A stretch of 24,685 nucleotides of DNA from a virus (lineage: Duplodnaviria > Caudoviricetes): the IMG/VR virus record IMGVR_UViG_3300012952_000131, positions 1 through 24,685 of that record; one strand, given 5' to 3'. This document shows positions 8,180-15,716 of this stretch, piece after piece (the first letter of the stretch is position 1; every line of letters starts with the position of its first letter). The notes beneath the pieces were generated by a model. The model saw nothing but the letters and a program-made list of their open reading frames with translations, was not told the DNA's origin and did not search any database. The position numbers and the translations under genes were made by a program.

Positions 8180-8610
8180 TGCCGATCATCGACAACAAGA
8201 TGGACATTCAGGCTCTGGGCGGTGACCGCCTGGAGTGGAAGGCGAAGTTCGAGTCTGTCGAGGACGCGGACGGGAACATCACCTTCGAGGTGACTGCCCC
8301 TCCGTGCAACGTCGAGGTACAGGTCTGGAACCCCGCTCCCAACGCCTTTCCAGAGGACTGGAGCTGTCAGGTCGTGGGCCGTGGAGAGGTGGTCCTCGAG
8401 GGTTACGACATCGCGCTTCAGGACGTGACGCCCGGTGGGTTCCGAGGCTACATCGCGTGCGAGTGGGACCAGGCGACGGCCACCATGTACCTCCGTAGAA
8501 AGAACTGGGGAGGCGCAGGCAGCCCCTTCTTGAACGCAGGTGACACTGCGCTGCTGACGCTCTGGCTTCGCCAGACCGACATTCCAACCGTGTACTCGCA
8601 GGGGTCCTGA
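8179..8610 (+). CDS. Putative virion structural protein, 143 aa; paralog 3
   Basis: TGATG-coupled. ALGGDRLEWKAKF ... GRGEVVLEG ... EWDQATATMYLRRKNWGG ... ALLTLWLRQT aligns by eye with the preceding ORF. Confidence 0.6.
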   Translation: MPIIDNKMDIQALGGDRLEWKAKFESVEDADGNITFEVTAPPCNVEVQVWNPAPNAFPEDWSCQVVGRGEVVLEGYDIALQDVTPGGFRGYIACEWDQATATMYLRRKNWGGAGSPFLNAGDTALLTLWLRQTDIPTVYSQGS

Positions 8611-9062
8611 TGCTGCAATCTACTGGCGATCAAGTATGGGGTTTCGGTCGAGGGCAGGTGCGCACCGTCGCTCGCCTGACGCGAGCAGACGGTGTGGACA
8701 CCGTGCTGGGTCCGATGCTCTTTATCGACGAGGGTGGAGGCCGTTGGACGGTGAAGCCTGACGTCTCTGGGTTCACTGCGGTGCGCTACGTCGCGGCACG
8801 CATCCTTGCTCCTGATGGCGCTGGGTTCGCGAGCCTGCAGGCGGCGGCTGTCATCCCAGGGGACGGCAGCGTCATCGACGTTCAGATACGTGACGTGAAC
8901 ATCGAAGACAACGCGGTGCTGCCCAACGACTGCGCGCTGGTCATCGACCTTATCGTGGACCAGACCGGCACCCTCGAGTTCAGCTTTGGGAACCAGCTTC
9001 CGCCAGTGCCTGTTCCAGCCCCGGCTCCAGCACCCAGTGAACCCCCGCCAAGGATTCTGTGA
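8610..9062 (+). CDS. Putative virion structural protein, 150 aa; paralog 4, with Pro/Ala tail
   Basis: TGATG-coupled. GFGRGQVRTVARL ... EGGGRWTV ... VIDVQIRD ... LVIDLIVDQT, then tail LPPVPVPAPAPAPSEPPP. Confidence 0.6.
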   Translation: MLQSTGDQVWGFGRGQVRTVARLTRADGVDTVLGPMLFIDEGGGRWTVKPDVSGFTAVRYVAARILAPDGAGFASLQAAAVIPGDGSVIDVQIRDVNIEDNAVLPNDCALVIDLIVDQTGTLEFSFGNQLPPVPVPAPAPAPSEPPPRIL

Positions 9063-9355
9063 TGGCAGCTCGACGCAAGAAGGCCGTGCGCATCGGCAAG
9101 GGCATGAAGGAGTCAGCCAAGAAGGTGGCGTCTGCGCGTCGCAAGCCTGGAGGCTCCAATGTCGGCAAGTACAAGACCGTCGCCAAGAAGAGCTTCGCTG
9201 GGACCAAGGGAGGATCCCCGAAGGGATCCTTCCCGATCAACACGCTCGCACGCGCCAAGTCGGCGCTCAAACTGGCGCACAACGCTCCTAACCCGCAAGG
9301 GATCAAGAACGCTGTGTACAAGAAGTATCCGCAGCTCAAAAAGGGAGGCCGCTAA
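9062..9355 (+). CDS. Small Lys-rich basic protein, 97 aa; putative DNA-binding/condensing internal protein
   Basis: By my count 20 Lys + 7 Arg versus a single Glu. Folded-looking C-terminal core SFAG..GSFPINTLARAKSALKLAHNAPNPQGIKNAVYKKYP. ATG 9062 overlaps the previous TGA (GTG 9059 is an alternative start). Confidence 0.7.
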   Translation: MAARRKKAVRIGKGMKESAKKVASARRKPGGSNVGKYKTVAKKSFAGTKGGSPKGSFPINTLARAKSALKLAHNAPNPQGIKNAVYKKYPQLKKGGR

Positions 9356-9669
9356 TGGGGGTAGGACGCAAGGGCAGGCGCGCAATGGCGGTGGGAGCCG
9401 CGAAGAGCGACATGAAGAGGGGAATGAAGGCCCGCTGGAGCCAGCACAAGGGCCGCAGGGGCGAGGCCGTGGGGATGGCCGAGCGCGCTCTCATCGACAA
9501 GTGGCACCGTGGGGACGAGCGCCGAAGCCATGGCCGTATGGTCCACCACCGCGACCGCACTCACAAGGGACTGACCGACCGTCACCACCAAAGCCTTGGC
9601 GCTCGTGTGCGTGAAAGCGCAGGAGCGGCTGGCAAGAGGGGCGGCAAGCGCGGGAACATGGGATACTGA
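9355..9669 (+). CDS. Small Arg/His/Gly-rich basic protein, 104 aa; protamine-like, probably disordered
   Basis: SD GGAGG and TAATG coupling. By my count 19 Arg, 9 Lys and 8 His. Ends 6 nt before the next gene. Confidence 0.65.
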   Translation: MGVGRKGRRAMAVGAAKSDMKRGMKARWSQHKGRRGEAVGMAERALIDKWHRGDERRSHGRMVHHRDRTHKGLTDRHHQSLGARVRESAGAAGKRGGKRGNMGY

Positions 9670-9675
9670 TCTGAC

Positions 9676-10641
9676 ATGTACAACCAAGTCTCCCTGGCGG
9701 ATCTGATCCAGCGCATCCGTGAGCGGAGTGACATGCTGGATTCGGAGTTCGTGACCGACAGGGAGATCACGGCGTACTGCAACGAATCCCTGGGTGAGCT
9801 GTACGACATGATCGTGCAGAACTCAGCCCAGGAGTTCTTCCTGCGCTCGTGGGTCATTCCAGAGGCGGCGGTCATTCGGGACTGGGCTGCCCAGTTCCCC
9901 CTCCAGGGCAATACCACCCCTCCCGTGCAGGAGCCCTTCGTTGTTCTGCCGAGGGACTTCTACATGATCAAGGGCGTGGACATCGACTTCGGCGATGGCA
10001 TCCCGTGGAACTGCAGGCCCTTCAACTTCACCAAGCGCAACCACCAGGCCGCGTGGAACGGCACCTGGCAGAAGGGCATCCGCATCAGCTACCGAGTGGG
10101 TGGGTTCACCCTCACGGCCTCGGACTACCCTCCGACGACTCTGCCTTTCCCCGCCAGCGATTACGATGGGCTGAATACCCCTTGGGGTGCAGACCGGGAC
10201 CGCGTTCTGCCTATCGAGATTCAGCAGACGGCGGCCACCACCTTCCAGTATCTGCACTTCACGCCCAACCCTCCCAACCTTGAAGGCACCAAGACTACGG
10301 TCTGGTACACCCCGCTGCCCGCCAAGTTCTGGTGGACCGATCAGGACCCAGCAGAGTTTCCAGTCATCCCTCCCCAGCTCCAGGCGGTCCCTGGATACGC
10401 TCACTGGGACGAGTACATGATCGTGGACGTGGCTGCGAAGATCCGCGACAAGGAAGAGTCCGAGACGGCGAACCTGCTCGCGAGCAAGGCGCAGATTGCG
10501 GCTCGTATCGTGGCCATGGCTCCTGACCGTGACGCCGAGTTCCCCGACACCGTGCAGGAGGTGCTGACGAGCTTCCAGGCACCGAACTACCCCTGGTATT
10601 GGCCCAGCTACGGCACGGGCGGATGGGGATGGGGTGGATGA
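9676..10641 (+). CDS. Head-tail adaptor / tail tubular protein A-like, 321 aa
   Basis: Adaptor-like layout: N-terminal helices VSLADLIQRIRERSD..EITAYCNESLGELYDMI, then LPRDFYMIKGV, VWYTPLP, and C-terminal helices WDEYMIVDVAAKIRDKEE. Lies upstream of the nozzle. Confidence 0.75.
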   Translation: MYNQVSLADLIQRIRERSDMLDSEFVTDREITAYCNESLGELYDMIVQNSAQEFFLRSWVIPEAAVIRDWAAQFPLQGNTTPPVQEPFVVLPRDFYMIKGVDIDFGDGIPWNCRPFNFTKRNHQAAWNGTWQKGIRISYRVGGFTLTASDYPPTTLPFPASDYDGLNTPWGADRDRVLPIEIQQTAATTFQYLHFTPNPPNLEGTKTTVWYTPLPAKFWWTDQDPAEFPVIPPQLQAVPGYAHWDEYMIVDVAAKIRDKEESETANLLASKAQIAARIVAMAPDRDAEFPDTVQEVLTSFQAPNYPWYWPSYGTGGWGWGG

Positions 10642-10642
10642 G

Positions 10643-10996
10643 ATGGCACGGTACAACCGGCTGCAGGGAGCTGTAGGGGACCGCACGCAGAACAGCACGC
10701 AGGACGGTCTGGACGCCCTTGAACAGGGCGTCCTTGGACCGGCCAGTCGCAACGGTGCTCCCCAGGCCAGCAACGGCTATCAGACGCAGCGTAGGTCGGT
10801 TCCAGAGGGCACCCCGACGCTCGTCCCGCACAAGCTTGGCCGCTCCTACAGAGGGTGGAACGTGGCGATGAAGAACAAGGGGGAGAGCTTCTTCTGTCCC
10901 AGCGGGCAGCGCTACGACAAGAGCAAATACATATGCGTTCAGTGGGGTACTCCGGGTGGAACCGGCTCCGTGGACGCGGAGTTCTGGGTTTACTGA
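10643..10996 (+). CDS. Small tail-associated protein (short helix plus beta domain), 117 aa
   Basis: ATG 10643 is one base after the adaptor stop. Motif VPHKLGRSYRGW resembles the H-x-LG-R motif of small phage fibre domains. Ends VDAEFWVY with TGATG coupling to the nozzle. Confidence 0.6.
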   Translation: MARYNRLQGAVGDRTQNSTQDGLDALEQGVLGPASRNGAPQASNGYQTQRRSVPEGTPTLVPHKLGRSYRGWNVAMKNKGESFFCPSGQRYDKSKYICVQWGTPGGTGSVDAEFWVY

Positions 10997-13900
10997 TGCC
11001 TCTTTCTAAACAGCCCCTCGAGGTGTCGCTGGGCGGCGCTGTCGAAGAAGGAAACGTCAAGGAGCTGGTGCAGCCACCGCGCATCCGTGAGGCGAAGGAC
11101 TGCGCCTCGCTCAAGGGCGGTGCGTACACGAAGCGTGACCAGATTCTCACGCCCGGTGCGGTGGACCCGACCACGCAGGGTGCTTCGCATACTGACGATG
11201 CGCTGGTGACCGTGGCTACGACGACTGTGCGCGTCTACCCCGACGAGGACCAGAGCGACCCCTCCGAATCTAACCCGGCTCCGTTCACCGGCTGGGAAGC
11301 GACGGCGTTCGAGCCTACGGAGGCCAACGCTGCCAAGGACCACGGCGACAGCGCCACACATATTATCGACGGTGTTCCTCGGACTCTGTGCATGTGGAAC
11401 GCCGACCCTCAAGGTAGCTACCAAGTCGAAGAGCGAATCGGTCCCACTGGTCAAGGCTGGGCTGGTGGGACGGGTGCGCCGTCTATTGCTTACGACGCGA
11501 TCAATCCGGGAGTAGGTGGGTGGTGGAGCTATCTGCAAACGTCGGGGGTGCAATACGCAGTCTTTGACGCTGATCGCCAGGTGGGCCCCGAGCGCGAATA
11601 CCCTCCACCTGCCGTGATCGAGAACCCCAACGGGGAGCCGGGTGCCAGCCGCTGTGCGGAGGGCAACCCGTGTTTCCCACGAGTGCGTGCGATCACGGAG
11701 ACGCCCGTAGACCCCTCGGACGGCACTTACTTCTTTGTGAGCTGCGCCGGTCTTTCTACGCCTCAACGCGCCATAGAAGATCCCGATGGCGACCCCGTGT
11801 GGGCGGAGAGTCCTTACGGCGCACGCCTCTCCACTTTTTCCAATTTCACCGCACCTCCTTCTTCTGGAGGTTTCCCCACGGAAGTGCGGGACATCATGGA
11901 TCGGAACGTCAGCTTTCCTACGCCGCTAGGTTACCCCCCGCCCTATGGTCCTCCGGTTGTCACATCGGTAGCGGATGCTCAACGGCAAGGTCCAGGGATG
12001 GTCCTTTCCTTGCACGACGTGGACGGGAACATTCTTGAGTCCGTCCGTGGAGACGCCGCGACTATTCGTCCGTCGGTGCCCGATCCTGCCACCAACCCCA
12101 ACGCTGATCTGATGCTTCCTGGACCACCTCTGGACATGGTGCACGTGGGAGGACCGGGGCTGAATTTCATCTACACCCTGCATGTTGACTACAACCAGTT
12201 CTACCCAAACAACGGAAACTTTCCCGCTGAACCTTGGCCTGCTCCCGGCAATTCGCGCCCTGACATCAACACGATTCGCATTATCCAGTGGTGGATACGT
12301 CCCGATCAGCCAGCGGGCTCGCGGATTGAGTTTGTACGCGAGCTGTATCTCAACGACCCCTCGTGGGTCGTCCCTCCCCCGCTTCCCACGACCAACACGG
12401 GCGTTGAATGGCTAAACCCAGTACCGGACTGGACTGGCGCTCCCGATGGTGAAGGTCAACGAGACTGGCCCGCTGGCCTTCACCAGACCTCCGACGCTGA
12501 AGGCCGACTGCTGCTGGTGTTTTCGAGCACTCGCGTGGCGTCTATTCCTTACAACCTAGACTACGCGTCTATCGTCTGGAAGGACCCGTTCTGGGAGGAA
12601 GGGTACTTGACCCGCTTGAAGATCGGCCGCGTCACCGCAGCGCCGGAAGTGACCTCTCCCGACTACGGAGCGGAGCGCCCTCCCTTTGCCGAGTTCCACT
12701 ATGACAGTTTTGCCCGTCACTGTACGGGGGGCACGCCGGGTTCTCTAGGAAGAGAGACAACGCAAATGGCACGGGGTGCCTGGGCGGGCTCATTTCTTAC
12801 GCAGCCTGACGACAACGGCAGGAGGTGGTTAGGCGTTCAAACGATCAGCAATTGGGACAACGTCCCTTATGATCTTTCTCCCGAGGATCAAGATCCCTCT
12901 TCCCCACTGGAAGGTGTTCATCCCTACGTCTTCCACAATGGCCCCCAGACCTACAGCGCCAGCGTCGTACACACTCTTATCGATACCGATCTAGACTTTA
13001 TTCCCGACACATCGAGCGCGATTCCGGGGTCCGCGATTGGTTCTCAAGGGGCCTACATTAACAACGTGGGGCACGCTGTAGTGCTTTACGGTTCGGCGGC
13101 GGGAGACAACCGGACGGGCATGCAGGAGATCGGCGCGCAGACCGTGGGCGACCTCCTGTCGGCCACGTCGTTTTTGGCTACCCGTCGCTCTTTGCCCGTT
13201 CCCATTCAGGATGGGGGAGGCGTGGACGTGGGCCGTTTTCGGCAGCCTCCCATCACACGGCGTGGACAGGTATACCCGGACTTTTCGGCGTATGTGAGTG
13301 CCGTTGCCATTGCCCAGATCCTTCCTTTTGGGCAGTCGTTAGGGAGCTATCAAAACAACCCTTACCAACTGAGGGTGAATCTGCGGGTAGACGACGATGG
13401 GGTCGTTCGGTGGACTTCTTTCCAGCGATACAGTCCTGAGCAAGACTACGGTTCGGCGTCTATCCCCGAAGATCTACGGACTCTGAAGCCGGTGGCCAGT
13501 AGCTCTCGGTCTGCCCCCTACGAAGTTCAGATCCAATCGCCCGGTCCACGTTTGGGCGCGTTGATGGTGAGTCAAAACGCCTACGTGACTGTCGCTGGAG
13601 CGGCTCCCATGGTGGTGGGTGGTCCTCAAGGGATGCTGGCAGGGACGGGCCTGCAGGCGGTAACCGATAACTGGGTAGGGGTCCGCGAGGGTACAGGTAG
13701 CGGAGAGGTTCCGCGTGGAACCGCTGTGCCCATTCCCCCTATTTCGCTGGCGGCTGTGGGGAGCACCCCGAGCGAAGAAGTGACCCAACTGACGGTGGGC
13801 TCGTACTTGACGTCCTTTGACGAGAACGGAGGTGAGCATCGGACGGTGCCTCACGTCACCTCTTTGTCTCCTGCTTACAATTTGGAGGCGGCGACCAACG

Positions 13901-15300
13901 TGGACGGGTTCATCGCTTATCTTTACGGAATACCCTGGCAGCTATCGGGCATTCCTTTGAGCGAAACGTCGAGCGTTGAGCTTTGTTTAGGACGAGCTTC
14001 GGACGGGGACACCCCCAACGCCGTCGCGTTACCCGAGCTGCCGTTTGTTTCTCACGAACAATGGATCATCTCCGGTCCTTCTGCTTCTTCGGCGCAGCGC
14101 TTTCTTTCGTCCGATGTGTACGTGGAGCGGCCGTTTGACTATCGAACGCTCTGGGGCGCAGGTAGCGGAGGGGCGCTTTACACGTGGAGTGGTGAGTTGG
14201 CCGCAGATGCCCCTGACCCCTCGAGGTCTGTAGCGGCAGCCTCGAATCGGTTGTGGAGCATCTCATCGGTGGACCCACGAAAGGCTCAGTACACCAAGCT
14301 GCTGCGCAAGGGGTACGCCCCTGAATGGAACCAGAACCTGACCGTGCGAGTGCCTGGCACTGCTGACCCGCTGACGGCGGTCGCTGCGCTTCCTGATGGG
14401 CGCATCCTTCTTTTTTCCTCCACAGCCATTCACTACACCTACGGTTCGGGTCCGTCCGACACAGGACAGGGGGCGGGCTTTGCAGAGCCCGCCTACCTGT
14501 CTACTGACATCGGGTGTACGGACCCGCGCAGCATCGTCACGGGGGACTTCGGCTGCATCTTCCTTAGCGAGCGGGGCTTCTACCTTATCGACCGCAAGCT
14601 CACGGTGAGCTTCGTGGGACTTCCTTACGAGGACACCACGGACATTGCGGGACTGCGTCTCAAAGGCACAGCCAGCGATGCGCTCCGCAGCGAGGTGCTC
14701 TTCTTCACCGACCGGATCGAGGAAGACACCACCGGCTATCAGACATGGGTTTTCAACACGCTGCGGGGGCAGTGGTCGACATTTGTCATGCCTGAAGCTC
14801 TGAGCGTGACTGAGCGGGATGGTAGGCCGTTCTGGATCACCCAGAGCGGAACGTTTCGAGCGCGCTTCGACGAAGAGCCCGCGACCATCGACGGCAGCCA
14901 GGGCGTCATGTCGCTTGCCACGGGCTGGCTTCCCATGGCGAAGGTCCAGGGCTACGGTCGGACGTGGGAGCTTCAGATCACAGGGGAGCGACCCCTGACC
15001 GCCGCTGGTTACAGCCAGAGCGGGCTCAAGGTCGAGCTGCTCTACGACTACGACGAGACACCAGCGGAGACGTACTTCTTCAACCAGCCAGCGGAGGCTG
15101 GAGGAGCGAACATCAAGCTGCGCCTTCGGCCTCGCAAGCAGAAGTCCGAGGCGCTGTCGGTGCGCTTCAGCGAGTATGCGCCGCCAGGCATACCACCGGA
15201 CGAGCCGTTCACCGGGTGGCGACTTGATATGCTTACAGTGCTCGTAGGAATCAAGGTGGGCCTCGACAAGGTGGCCACCACACCAAGGGACAACACGTGA
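10996..15300 (+). CDS. Tail nozzle / tail tubular protein B-like (T7 gp12 / P22 gp10 position), ~1434 aa, with a large central region
   Basis: Start reassigned to ATG 10996 (TGATG overlap), giving MPLSKQPLEVSLGG...GAYTKR. The C-terminal third has propeller-blade-like segments (SNRLWS, LTAVAAL..GRILLFS, DIGCTDPRSIV...GCIFLSERGFYLI, WVFNTLRGQWS) and a closing beta domain (LATGW..QGYGR..). Sits between adaptor and ejection genes. Confidence 0.75.
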   Translation: MPLSKQPLEVSLGGAVEEGNVKELVQPPRIREAKDCASLKGGAYTKRDQILTPGAVDPTTQGASHTDDALVTVATTTVRVYPDEDQSDPSESNPAPFTGWEATAFEPTEANAAKDHGDSATHIIDGVPRTLCMWNADPQGSYQVEERIGPTGQGWAGGTGAPSIAYDAINPGVGGWWSYLQTSGVQYAVFDADRQVGPEREYPPPAVIENPNGEPGASRCAEGNPCFPRVRAITETPVDPSDGTYFFVSCAGLSTPQRAIEDPDGDPVWAESPYGARLSTFSNFTAPPSSGGFPTEVRDIMDRNVSFPTPLGYPPPYGPPVVTSVADAQRQGPGMVLSLHDVDGNILESVRGDAATIRPSVPDPATNPNADLMLPGPPLDMVHVGGPGLNFIYTLHVDYNQFYPNNGNFPAEPWPAPGNSRPDINTIRIIQWWIRPDQPAGSRIEFVRELYLNDPSWVVPPPLPTTNTGVEWLNPVPDWTGAPDGEGQRDWPAGLHQTSDAEGRLLLVFSSTRVASIPYNLDYASIVWKDPFWEEGYLTRLKIGRVTAAPEVTSPDYGAERPPFAEFHYDSFARHCTGGTPGSLGRETTQMARGAWAGSFLTQPDDNGRRWLGVQTISNWDNVPYDLSPEDQDPSSPLEGVHPYVFHNGPQTYSASVVHTLIDTDLDFIPDTSSAIPGSAIGSQGAYINNVGHAVVLYGSAAGDNRTGMQEIGAQTVGDLLSATSFLATRRSLPVPIQDGGGVDVGRFRQPPITRRGQVYPDFSAYVSAVAIAQILPFGQSLGSYQNNPYQLRVNLRVDDDGVVRWTSFQRYSPEQDYGSASIPEDLRTLKPVASSSRSAPYEVQIQSPGPRLGALMVSQNAYVTVAGAAPMVVGGPQGMLAGTGLQAVTDNWVGVREGTGSGEVPRGTAVPIPPISLAAVGSTPSEEVTQLTVGSYLTSFDENGGEHRTVPHVTSLSPAYNLEAATNVDGFIAYLYGIPWQLSGIPLSETSSVELCLGRASDGDTPNAVALPELPFVSHEQWIISGPSASSAQRFLSSDVYVERPFDYRTLWGAGSGGALYTWSGELAADAPDPSRSVAAASNRLWSISSVDPRKAQYTKLLRKGYAPEWNQNLTVRVPGTADPLTAVAALPDGRILLFSSTAIHYTYGSGPSDTGQGAGFAEPAYLSTDIGCTDPRSIVTGDFGCIFLSERGFYLIDRKLTVSFVGLPYEDTTDIAGLRLKGTASDALRSEVLFFTDRIEEDTTGYQTWVFNTLRGQWSTFVMPEALSVTERDGRPFWITQSGTFRARFDEEPATIDGSQGVMSLATGWLPMAKVQGYGRTWELQITGERPLTAAGYSQSGLKVELLYDYDETPAETYFFNQPAEAGGANIKLRLRPRKQKSEALSVRFSEYAPPGIPPDEPFTGWRLDMLTVLVGIKVGLDKVATTPRDNT

Positions 15301-15716
15301 TGCTCCAGCTAGGACCTACACCCGCCGAGATTCAATACGTGCAACAGGCTGAGTCCCAGCGCCAGAGCGCTGCGAACCAGCTCGCTGCTGCCTGGGCTGG
15401 TAGCGTCGGTGGAGCTTCCACTGCTGTCACCAGCTTCGGCGCTAACCCTATGCCCTTCCTGGGCACAGGCATCGATGCTGTGCCTGCGCCCAAGCAGCAG
15501 GCTCAGCCTAGGCAGCAGTCGAAGCCAATCGAGGAGGATGACGAGGACTTCGACTGGGGAGGCGCGGCTGTAGGAGCGGCCTCGCAGGGCGCTCAATACG
15601 CGCTTATCGGCGCAAAGCTAGGGAGCGTTGTGCCGGGTGTTGGGAACGTAGCGGGTGCCATCGGCGGCGCGGGACTGGGAATTATTCTGGGCGGCCTCCA
15701 GGGAGGGAATAGCTGA
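15300..15716 (+). CDS. Small ejection/pilot protein with C-terminal glycine-zipper hydrophobic hairpin, 138 aa
   Basis: GAKLGSVVPGVGNVAGAIGGAGLGIILGGL has GxxxG repeats; A/Q/G-rich; first gene after the nozzle. ATG 15300 or GTG 15297. Confidence 0.65.
   Translation: MLQLGPTPAEIQYVQQAESQRQSAANQLAAAWAGSVGGASTAVTSFGANPMPFLGTGIDAVPAPKQQAQPRQQSKPIEEDDEDFDWGGAAVGAASQGAQYALIGAKLGSVVPGVGNVAGAIGGAGLGIILGGLQGGNS

Noticed and set aside
9000-9050. Short imperfect DNA repeat (CCAGC units) as a diversity-generating or contingency locus
   Set aside because: It simply encodes a Pro-Ala tail with varied codons. No template/variable repeat pair or reverse transcriptase is in the window.
9823-10773. 316 aa minus-strand ORF, plus other long antisense ORFs (2390-3067, 10990-11766, 20913-21665, 21961-22689)
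   Set aside because: All lie antisense to well-supported genes and have no recognisable motifs. Such shadow ORFs are expected in GC-rich coding DNA.
10855-10995. ORF-track start of the nozzle at GTG 10855 (1481 aa)
   Set aside because: It would overlap the 10643-10996 gene by ~140 nt with non-protein-like sequence. ATG 10996 sits in a TGATG overlap like the other junctions.
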